From Chrysomallon squamiferum (lineage: Eukaryota > Animalia > Mollusca): a DNA stretch of 64,000 nucleotides. The stretch lies in NCBI GenBank assembly GCA_012295275.1, contig CM022675.1:6882001-6946000 (forward strand), given 5' to 3'. Under the pieces are notes generated by a model, which was given only the letters and a program-made list of their open reading frames with translations, did no database searches and had not been told where the DNA came from. The position numbers and the translations under genes are program-made. Positions 13,901 through 64,000 of this stretch are shown one piece after another (position 1 is the stretch's first letter; each line of letters begins with the position of its first letter).

Positions 13901-14257
13901 TAATAATAATAATATAATATAATATAATAAAATAAATAAATAAATACACTTCAGCAATGAATAATAAAAAATGAGAACAGAAATATTAGATCAATAGTTT
14001 TAAGAAAAAGACATCAACAAAAACATTAATCATCATGAACATCAACATCAATAACCACAGCAAGAAAATAATAATTTTGGATAAGAATCAAAATAATGAT
14101 GATGATGATGATGATGATGTCAGCTATAAAATATTAACTAAAACAACAAAAACAGCAACAATAAAAACAATTAAAAATTTATAATATTTAATATAAAACA
14201 GTTCAATATTTTGTAAATATTACTGTTTATACTTTATAGGCTGATGCACCAAAAGAG
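217..14257 (+). CDS. Array of 41 phase-0 microexons (12-30 nt, 798 nt, about 266 aa) encoding a Gly/Ser/Thr/Met-rich low-complexity region; most likely the N-propeptide region of collagen A (5' end lies outside the window)
   Basis: Each exon is flanked by a polypyrimidine tract+AG and a GT donor (36/41 GTAAG), has a length divisible by 3 and is stop-free in phase 0. Exons: 217-228 VVRK; 482-496 PPVRK; 788-802 TPVRK; 1125-1139 PPVRK; 1415-1429 FSGKM; 1717-1731 TSGKM; 2011-2025 PFGGL; 2279-2293 KFETK; 2776-2787 TGGG; 3097-3108 SGGL; 3877-3891 PSGGL; 4112-4126 SFGSR; 4549-4578 SGGGGTGGGM; 4786-4815 SAAGGSGGGL; 5318-5332 SFGSR; 5581-5610 SGAGGSGGGL; 5836-5862, 6248-6274, 6613-6639, 6949-6975 STGGGAGGM; 7277-7294 STGGGM; 7608-7622 TGGMR; 8140-8163 SGGGGGGM; 8599-8622 STGGAGGM; 9024-9050 STGGGAGGM; 9300-9326 STGGGGSGM; 9548-9574, 10045-10071, 10456-10482 STGGGAGGM; 10832-10846 TSRGM; 11111-11125 TSGGA; 11385-11399 AFRSE; 11638-11652 SSTGR; 11983-11997 SSGGL; 12282-12296 SSGSG; 12558-12572 SSGRQ; 12864-12878 TSSSR; 13210-13224 SSGTR; 13566-13589 SSSRTGSR; 13813-13833 SSSSLKE; 14240-14257 ADAPKE. 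Phase 0 is supported by synonymous differences between copies (GTC/GTT, TCT/TCC, GGT/GGA, CGG/AGG); phase 1 hits TAG in exon 1125. Confidence 0.88.
400..1200 (+). repeat. Tandem exon+intron duplication units (about 300-340 bp) carrying the xPVRK microexon
   Basis: Shared intron motifs (aaaagcaattcttaaattgat; tttactgat...ttttatct..gttttag; attaa.agcaaaa...ataaaat.tgct) around exons 482, 788 and 1125. Confidence 0.8.
5064..5078 (+). pseudogene. Dead microexon (SSGGL) with both splice sites mutated
   Basis: ttttAA-TCTTCTGGTGGACTG-CTaagc: the exon body is nearly identical to 11983-11997, but the acceptor AG is AA and the donor GT is CT. Confidence 0.75.
5780..10520 (+). repeat. Tandem exon+intron duplication units (about 250-500 bp) carrying the STGGGAGGM microexon
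   Basis: Intron blocks recur around each exon (aaatgagctaacaaagaaattaagatttcat; ttcataataattcttatacaacatagactctagatattttaactttattttaattttag). The units before 6613, 6949 and 7277 are nearly identical (exon spacing 365, 336, 328 bp). Confidence 0.9.
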
Positions 14258-15405
14258 GTAAGCCTGATGGAAATGTAAAACAGACATGATTAAATACTTC
14301 CATTTCTGAAAGTGTTTTTTCTTTCCTACACTTTCAAAAATACCACAAAAACAAATACCAGAAAAACAGTTACATTAATAAAACTGAAACAAAACTAATA
14401 TGAAACATTCATTTTTTTTAATTTACTGATGTCATGTATAATTTTTTTTATATAAAACTAACATACAAAATTAAAAAATTAAAATAAAAAAGATGGAAAA
14501 AGATCCAGTTAAACATATTAAAAAAGAAATAATATCGGAAATTAAAAAATATTATAATAATTATAAATAAAAATAATAAACAAGATAATATAAGCAATAA
14601 AGTAGTAAAAAAAATAAATATTCCTCAGCAAATAAAAAATAATGAAAAAAACCCCCCAAAAAACAACAATAAAAATACTATAATTAATTCATTAGGACAT
14701 TTTGGGAGACTAAATATGGGGAAAAAGAATAATAATAAAAAATAAATTAAATAACAAATAGGTGATATCAAAAATTGAAAGAATTCTTTTCTCAGAGTAT
14801 TTTAAATAAAAATGTAGAAAATTACTAATTCAACATATTATTCATTATTCATTATTTTTTTACGAATCTGAAATGGGATAGTGCATGTGATGCAAATATA
14901 AATAATGCCTTATAGATATTAGTAGAAAGAGAGTTAAATTTAATTCCCAAACCAACCTCCTTTTTTTCTTTAAAATAAACCTTTGAAAGCATGTGGGTAG
15001 TATATGATGGCTTCTGCTTAACTAAGTGCATTTTCCACTTTGAAACTGATCAGTTTAACTGTACAGATAATAGTTATTTCATTAATTAAAAGCATCATTT
15101 TAAAATAATTTAAATCTAGTTTAATATTTTAATAATCACTTCTTGTTATAAATAAGGTGCAATTAGATTTAAAACAATATTTCTACCAGGAAAAGGATTT
15201 TAGTTTTTCTTTTTTTCTTTCTTGCTTTCTTTATTTTTATTTAGAGATAAATGCTGGCTTCTAGAATAGTATTTGATTAATTTCAATAACCAAAGAAAAA
15301 ATATTTATTTTACACTTTAGAGAAACCATTAAAAATCTGCTTACAATTTTCATTTCCCTTCAACTAATTTGTACCAATCTTGGATATTAAAAAGAGAAAA
15401 AGCTC

Positions 15406-15572
15406 AAAATCTTTATTAAAATATATTTTTTTTATTTATATTAATGAACTCACCAATATTAAAAAAAAAAGAGAGAGAGAGAGTTTTTATATATATATAT
15501 ATATATATTTTTTTTTTTGATATTGGTGAGATCATTAATATAATAAATAATATTTATTTTAATGAAGTTTTT
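15406..15572. repeat. Imperfect inverted repeat (about 65-bp arms) around a (GA)n/(TA)n loop
   Basis: tatattaatgaactcaccaatattaaaaaaaaaa on the left pairs with ttttttttttgatattggtgagatcattaatata on the right; pairing extends outward with mismatches. Confidence 0.8.
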
Positions 15573-15994
15573 ATATGTATGTGTATATTGTACAAATTAT
15601 ATAATTAAGTAAATTATTTCCTAAAATAAATCTCCATCTGAAAACAGCAGAAACAATGGAAAAATAAATCGGTTAATGTTTTTCAAATAATTAACAACGA
15701 CAACACAAAATACTGACTGGAAATAAAAATATACAGCTAAACATAAAATAAAATCTTAACACTGGGCAAAAAAACAATATTGGTTATTTATGTCCATTTT
15801 CAAAAATATGATGTCAGATAATCTCCCTTGTATGAAATCTTTTTTTGTAAAATCAAGGCCTAGCCTATTAATGTATTATACTTCAGTTTTGGAACAGTAC
15901 TTGAATATTAACAAATATGTGGCCACATGTTTTACTGATTTGATTATAAGTACATAAATTATGTACATACTTCTCATCTTTCATCTATATACCT

Positions 15995-16013
15995 TGACGT
16001 CATAACCAATCAG
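15995..16013 (+). promoter_or_regulatory. Adjacent CRE palindrome (TGACGTCA) and CCAAT box (AACCAATCAG)
   Basis: ttgacgtcataaccaatcag; motif match only, lying in the 2.5-kb gap between the array and the telopeptide exon. Confidence 0.35.
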
Positions 16014-16494
16014 AATACAAAAAATTTAGCACTATTCATTTCTGGGATATATTGCAGGTGGATTATTTTAGTTAATTAACGTAATCTTCCATTACTATTC
16101 TTACCTACTAATTTCCTTCAAAAATGCTTTAAAACTGATCCTGCTCTGACAAAGCATGTCAGAAAAAGCTTCTGCAAAATTAAATTTCAGTTGACCAAAT
16201 GATAATGGAGGTGATAGCAATTTACTGATGTCATGTATGGTTTATTATATTTTATATTGACCTCCATTCATTCTGGTTACTAACAAAAGATGGATGCACA
16301 CTGACCATTGGATCTGCCACTGAAATCCAATGCTTAATGTCATTTCTATATTATGTCTCATTAAATTTAAATATTCCCACTGTTTATATCTTTCTTTATT
16401 AAATGTTTATTAATTGTTATTAAAATTCAATTTTGTTTACTTTAAATATGTAAAAATTCTGAGTATAGCTTTTCATTGTAGATAAACACATGTC

Positions 16495-16775
16495 TTAACT
16501 TCATTATTTTAGGATTTGTCACTGCATTAATTTATGTTTATGTTTGAAATATGATACTTACTTTTCTTTATTTTTTAACTTAATTAATTTGTATTTATAT
16601 TGAAAATAGTACCTACATTTCATTATTTTAGTATTTTAAACTTAATAAATTTGTATTTTGATAAAATATGGTAGCTACTTTTCATTATTTTAGTATTTTA
16701 ATCTTAATAAATTTTGTAATTTGATAAAATACAGTACCCATATTTTGTTATTTTAGGATTTATTGCTTAATTATT
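16495..16775. repeat. Degenerate minisatellite of about 60 bp
   Basis: Recurrent ttcattattttagtattttaa.cttaataaatt.tgta.tttgataaaata units. Confidence 0.65.
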
Positions 16776-16819
16776 ATTTTTTTAAGACATTAATTATTTG
16801 ATTTGTTTGATCACTGTAG

Positions 16820-37922
<21,103 letters not shown>

Positions 37923-38044
37923 ACATTTTTCAGACATTTAGATTTTTGTGTTCATATATGTATTCTTACTAGAGCTAAGGTACAGTGGGGCCAATAAAAA
38001 TAAAAATTGTAGTTATTTGCCTTCATATTATGTAATAATGTTAT

Positions 38045-38400
38045 TTTAGTTACTTAAGCCCATGTTGATGTTAAGCCCATTTAATTTTATTTGGTTACTT
38101 AAGTCCATATAATATTACATAAACCCATTTAATATTCCTTGATTACTTAAGCCCACAAATTTATATTGTTTCATAAGCCCATCCAATATTTCCTGGTTAC
38201 TTAAGCCCATCAAATATTTCCTGGCTACTAAAGACCATATAATATAACCTGGTTCCTTAAGACCATTTGTTTTTAAATCCCTGGTTTCTTAATATTATAT
38301 GGTTACTTTAGCATTATTTAATATTACATGGTTACTTAATATTATGTGGTTTCTTAAGACCACTTAACATACATCTGATTACAAATATATGTAAGCCCAT
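38045..38400. repeat. Degenerate tandem repeat of 20-30 bp in the putative collagen A 3'UTR
   Basis: Many ggttacttaagcccat-like units. Confidence 0.75.
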
Positions 38401-38616
38401 TCGAAATCCGTCCATTAGTTTATCAGTGTATTTGTTTTCTTTGCAGTTATTAGTGCTTCATTTTCTTTTTAATGTAATAGATTTTAATATTTTCTTCTCC
38501 TTCTTTTTTATCTTCTGTGATGCAAAACTCACTTCATACTTTTCTGTGATACCCAAAAAAACAAACCTTCACTGCCAAATGTTTTGTGAGTGTATGCATT
38601 AAAAGGGGGTAAAAAA

Positions 38617-38641
38617 AAATGTCCACATCTTCTTAAAATAC
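38617..38641 (+). other. 25-nt element AAATGTCCACATCTTCTTAAAATAC, identical to 43844-43868
   Basis: Exact direct repeat on the + strand, so it is sense in the putative collagen A 3'UTR and antisense in the putative collagen B 3'UTR. AATAAA motifs follow from about 38672. Confidence 0.85.
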
Positions 38642-40298
38642 TATTGTACAATTATGATGATCATTGTGAAAAATAAAAATAAAAAATAAAATTTTTGAAA
38701 GTTTTCATTTTGATTAACGGTTGATCATGTTGCAATGAAAAACCCGTTAATTATTAATAAAAAAAAAATGTAAAAAAAAAATTTGATGAGTTTTTTTTAT
38801 TATACATTTGTATTATTGTTAATATGTTAAATGGTTAGCTAAATAACATTGAAAGGGTGTACACAATTTGAAGAAGAGGAACCAACATTCGATCCTTGTA
38901 CTTAAGAGTTGTCAGGATCATGGCTTAACCATTTGTTGCATCAAGTTTTTCTGCAACAGTTACAATAATTTTCAATTTATTTCAAATTTAAATTTCAAAA
39001 ATACAAAAATCAACAAAATAAATAAATTAATTAATAGTTTCAAATTTCAAATGAGGATCAGTTGTATTTTGACTGTAATAAAAATGACTGTAGCACATTT
39101 CTAAAAAAATAATTATTCAAATATGAGTGACTGTATTTTTAAAATTACTTAAAAGTGAGAGAATATATTTTCAAACTATTACCCTTAGTTGCAAATGCAT
39201 TTCAGTATTGTTATTAGCATATGATTTAACACATATTTAAACATAATTTATAAAAAAAGAAAACCCATTTTGAGACTGTTTCTCCTGTTTATGGGAATAC
39301 TTATTGAAGTATTAAAAATTATATTTCAAACCTAGCTAATAAATAAAGTTAATTTTATAACTGAAAATGAAATAACAATATTAAAATTATTATTGAAAAA
39401 TGTAAAAGAAACTACTTGAAATAATAATAATGATGATGATGGTAATGTAAACAACAATGGCAACAATATGGGTAATAATTATAATTATAACAAAAATATT
39501 AATACTGCCAATAACTACTTTGGTAAATGAGGCAAATGACTGATACCGCAATTGACGATTTTTTGGATTTTTTATTTTATTGTTTTGTTTTGTTTGTTTT
39601 TGTTTTTTGTTTTTGTTGTTTTTGTTTTATTTTTTTATACAAAGATTTTATTTTAAAAACATAAAATATAAATGGTTAGAATGAGGATTTTGCATCTTTC
39701 AAGTCGGAGCTTCTGAAGACCTTAGCCGGCCCCAAACCCGTCGCCCAAATTATTTGGCTATTATTATTAAGTGTTTTTTCCGCATTTCAAAAAGAGTCTA
39801 GTTACGGCCTTGATAATAATAACAACAACAACAATTATATCAAAACAGAATGATAAATAAATATATAACACTAATAATGATAATATTAAATAATTTACTC
39901 ACTGATTAAAAGTGATGGATCTTAATCATGCATCTTCACATCAGTAATCAAGAACATTCCATGCACTTTGATATGCGAATCCAAAAATAGCCTAACAAGT
40001 ACTCTAAGAAGTTTTGATTCTGTAGTCTTATCATTCCTTGGGTGGCCTAATTGTTCTACCACAGAGCTACATCTTGATAACATTCTGAGTAAGTTCATAA
40101 TATCGTTTTGTTTATAATCTACGAACAAGAAATTGAAGAAGACCAGTTAAAGAAAATTGTAACACGTCTGCTTACATAGATGGCGTCATCGTTTCGTAAA
40201 AAGAGTTACATTTGAGATCGATGTTCTCAGTGTAATTTTTAAAGATGAAATAAGTTTCAAAAAATAATTTTAAATTTAAAAAAAAAAAAAATTATAAT

Positions 40299-40336
<38 letters not shown>

Positions 40337-40899
40337 TCAGTGTTTTGTTGCGACGTCCACAAAAGAAGCACGCGCATACAGACACACGATATTTAATTTA
40401 AACCGAAAAAATATTCTTCAAAGTCGTAAAATAATATATTCTTCCTGACTGCAAAAGGAAATGCGATCGTGCATAGCACATTAACACCATGTTACTAGCA
40501 TGTCAGAATATAAATATAAATGTAGGTAAATGCTAAAATATTATAATAGCAGGTTTCACTTCATAAACAAAATACAGAATAAGTCGGAATATATGGTTTC
40601 CGCTTGTTCAGCACACCAAAAGAAGTATGTCAAATAAAATAGGCTACAAACGTAGTATGGATTGCATTAACCCATATTCCACGGCCGTTAGTTTTCTTTC
40701 TTTTACGTCTGTGTGTTTCATTTCACGATAAGAAAAATAAAAATAAAAATTAATAAAAATGCGTCTGACATATATTAATACCGGAATGTAAATGAGATAA
40801 TATCTGTAACTAAAACTGTGTTCTAGATACAACTAATGAATGTCGTTAGACAAAGAAAGAATGACGAGGTCATGTGTTGCCATTAATACCAAAAGATAA

Positions 40900-41215
40900 A
40901 CAGTATATTGTAGTGTGTAGTGCAGTTTAGTATGTTTTAATAGTATGATTTAGTATAGTATAGTATATTATAGTTTAGTGTAGCATAGTATAGCATAATA
41001 CAGTATATTATTATATAGTTCAGTATAATACATTATAATATAATATCGTATAGTATAGAACAGAATAGTTCAGTTTAACAGCATAATATAGTGAAGTGTA
41101 GAATATTGCAGTATGGTATAGCATTTTATAATGCAGTGTAGTATAGTAACATGTAGAGTGGTGTACTTTAGTATGGTACAGTATAGCATAAAATAGTTCA
41201 GTACAGTACAGCAAA
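40900..41215. repeat. Degenerate pentanucleotide (TAGTA/CAGTA)n simple repeat
   Basis: Run of tagta/cagta/tagca variants. Confidence 0.8.
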
Positions 41216-42191
41216 TGATACAGTTATTATCGGCTTTATCTAAAAAATAAATATTATAGAGATATGTATAAATAAATAAATAAATAATATTTATTTATTT
41301 ATTTATTTACACATATCTCTACGTATCTGACCCTTCACATGCAAAGTTAACACAATTACTGATAACGAGATTCTCGTATCAAAATATAATTTTCTTCACA
41401 GCTGTACATTAGCTTCAGCTGTGCTAAAAATCCCAGTTAACTAAAATATGCATGTGAAACTCAGTCAGAGATCTAGACGGCTCTTAAAGGTCTTTCAGTC
41501 CCATGGTGTGACCGGGAATATTTATCTTAGACTGTCTTGAATTTGACAGATATTACACAGATGATAAATGAAATACGACTTTTTGATGTTTTGCTAATTA
41601 AGCACATCTTGACCGTAACGAGTTGTGTGTTTACTAAAAACTGTTCCTAATTCCATTTTTCTCTCTTTTCGTCTTCAATAACATTTCATTTTATTTTTCT
41701 TCTTCTTCTTCCCCCCCCCCCGCCTCTCTCCTTCTCTTTACTCCCTCTTTCTTTAGATACTGTTTCTTTCTTTTTCTTCTGTCAGTTTTTCTGTCTATCC
41801 TCTTTTTTCTCTCTCTCTTTCTTTTTTAAATTACTCTCTCTCTCTCATTTGTTATTTAAGAAATAATAAAGTAGAACACATCAGTGGAAGTTATTTGAAA
41901 TTCTATATGTTTCTATTTCGTAACAAAACCTCGCTTATTATTAACAAGTTTTGCTACTTGATGCGGAAATAATGTTGTGTCAACATAATTAAAATAAGTG
42001 AAATATTCACTGAGTGTGTGGTAGCATTTTTCTGAATTTTTAAATTTTTTTTTTTTTTATTATTATTATTATTTTTTTTTTTTTTTTTATTTTTGCTGTT
42101 GCAGCTAATTAGGTATGAATGCCAAATAACAATGTTAACTTGAAATGAACTATATTAGTATTTAATTACAAAATGAATAAGCCAAACTTCT

Positions 42192-42292
<101 letters not shown>

Positions 42293-42543
42293 CTACCTTT
42301 ATTCCTACTAATATTACTACTATTACTACAAGTACAATTATTACTAGTACTATCTTTATTCCTACTACTACTACGACTACAACTGCTAGAACTGCTACTT
42401 CTGCTACCATTACTACTATTATTATCACTACTACTTTTGCTATAGCAACTACTACTACATTAAATAAACAGAAGGAAAAAAAACGATGAGCATTCATGTT
42501 GAGAAAGTCATGGTTATAATTAATCTCTTCTTTTTTTTAGTCA

Positions 42544-42583
<40 letters not shown>

Positions 42584-43843
42584 TAAAAGAAGAAGAAGAT
42601 GCAATTATCTAAACGGATGCCTTTAATCACGTCCATTAAGATAACTAACGTTATCTCGCTATTTTTGAAAGAGTCGACAGTTAAAGTTTAATGATAAAAT
42701 AAAAGATAAATGTTAAGGATCTTGTAAACTGAGAGGCATAAAATTAACAATTATATCTGTGTGTGGCTTTAGAATTATCGCAAACATTGAAGATCCTATC
42801 AGCAAATGAGTTGATGTTAAATTCAGTAGCTGCGGTGGGTTGTAATTTTGTTCCTTGCGATGTTTTTTTTTTTTTTTTTTTTTTTTTTATTATTATTTTT
42901 TTTTTATCTAAACTATTTTTGTCTTAATTTGTAGATAAGATTCTGTTTTGCGGAATCTGCAAAATCAGAAGTGTGCAAAAATATTATGTTTTTAGATACT
43001 ATTTGTTAGCAATAAAATGCATTAAAAAATAATAATAATAATAATAAACTATTTCAAAGTCTAAAGCCCCGAAAAAAAAAAAAAAATAAATAATTAAACA
43101 GATTTATTCGCTTGTTCTTTGGGTTTTTTTGGGGGGTGGGGGGCTCGTTTATTATTATTATTAATCAATAGAAAAGCTGCAAGGGCAAATTATATATGTA
43201 AAAATTAAGGCAGTTTTAAGAAAGTTTTTAGAATTTTCTTTCAAATATTACACTCAACAGCAATGGATTACGTGAACGATGTTACTTAAAAATATGCGTG
43301 GTTGTTGTACGTTCATTTCTAGTCACAGAAAACATATCAAACCTTTCTAAATTAAGAAATTAAGCATGTACTGATCCATTCATTCATTCAGTATTAATAA
43401 ACTAAATATAATCAACAGTATATAATGATATTTCAAAACAAAACAAATAAAGGTTTATTTAGTTATTTTATTTTCAGTTTGTTACTGTAAACGAACCTGA
43501 AAAGAGCAGAAATATGATGAACATGAAAAAATGAACAAAACAGCGCCATCTGAAATCCGCCATTTTGTTTTCTTCAACACAAATTACAACTAATACATTT
43601 TCACTATAATTAAAATCATTATTGCTAATTTGTTTTTATTCTTTAAAAAAATGAAGTCCATGGCAGTGGTGTAGCAGCTACATAGTAAATCACAAATGCT
43701 TCTCAATTAAAAAAATAATAATAATAAAAGAAGAAACAAAACAAAAAACCAAATTTGAAAAAAAAAAAAAAAAATCTTCACTGAAGAGTTCTGATGTTAG
43801 AGTTACGGGCCTTGATCGAAGCAGAAACAAAGGGGAGGGGGAT

Positions 43844-43868
43844 AAATGTCCACATCTTCTTAAAATAC
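43844..43868 (-). other. 25-nt element GTATTTTAAGAAGATGTGGACATTT, 160 nt after the collagen B stop
   Basis: Reverse complement of the collagen A element at 38617-38641. Confidence 0.85.
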
Positions 43869-44027
43869 ATTGGTCCATAAAGTGAAAAATGAAAAAGACA
43901 CTTCACAGAACAAGGACTATAACTCAAACAATATGAATTTTATTACCATTAAATGTTTTTTTTTTTTTTTTGTTTGTTTAAAAAAATAAAAAGAGAGATA
44001 AGTAATTTAAAATAAACGTGTATTTGC

Positions 44028-63636
<19,609 letters not shown>

Positions 63637-64000
63637 CTAATATACAAAGAAAAAAATGTAAAGTATCAAAACAATCATTAAAAAATTTCAAAATTTTTTA
63701 AATGCTGTGTTATGAATTTATAAAAATGTTGAGTTATGGATAAATTCTGAAACAATTTGTATTCATTAATGACGAGAAATTCTGAAATAATTTGTTTTCA
63801 TTAAATGATGGAAATTCAGAAACAATTTTGAGTTAATTAAACAAAAGGAAATTACGAAACAATTTTAATCTGTTAAATGAAAGAAATTCAGAAACAGTTT
63901 ATATTATCTCGTAAGAGATTTTTGTTTCTTTATTCTAAAACTTATTATTCTAAAAAGAAATGTTTAAAAAAAAAAGAACACAATATTTAAGAATTGTACT

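Noticed and set aside
16234-16284. Short ORF MYGLLYFILTSIHSGY* as an alternative signal-peptide exon
   Set aside because: No convincing in-phase donor; expected by chance in AT-rich DNA.
39700-39760. GC-richer patch (gccggccccaaacccgtcgccc) suggesting a SINE/MITE fragment
   Set aside because: Too short, with no TIRs, TSD or Pol III boxes identifiable without a repeat library.
39922-40832. Small - strand ORFs between the two collagens
   Set aside because: No recognisable domain or consistent splice structure.

Overview
Very AT-rich, microsatellite-dense animal (invertebrate-like) genomic DNA. It holds two paralogous fibrillar collagen pro-alpha genes arranged tail-to-tail. Collagen A is on the + strand (N-telopeptide exon 16820 to stop 37922) with a 1014-residue Gly-X-Y helix and a COLFI C-propeptide. 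Collagen B is on the - strand (5'-truncated at the window end, stop at 44028). The first 14.3 kb, which the ORF track misses, is an array of 41 frame-preserving (3n, phase-0) microexons of 12-30 nt with canonical splice sites. Together they encode about 266 aa of Gly/Ser/Met-rich sequence that reads in frame into collagen A. The array is expanding by tandem duplication of exon+intron units and contains a dead copy. Other points of note: a perfect 25-nt antisense match between the putative 3'UTRs of the two convergent genes, a shared Gly->Ala imperfection at helix position 598, loss of both interchain cysteines with opposite C-propeptide charges, a GC-AG intron, and two probable assembly artefacts. 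All exon calls and counts were made by hand from splice signals; no transcript data were available.
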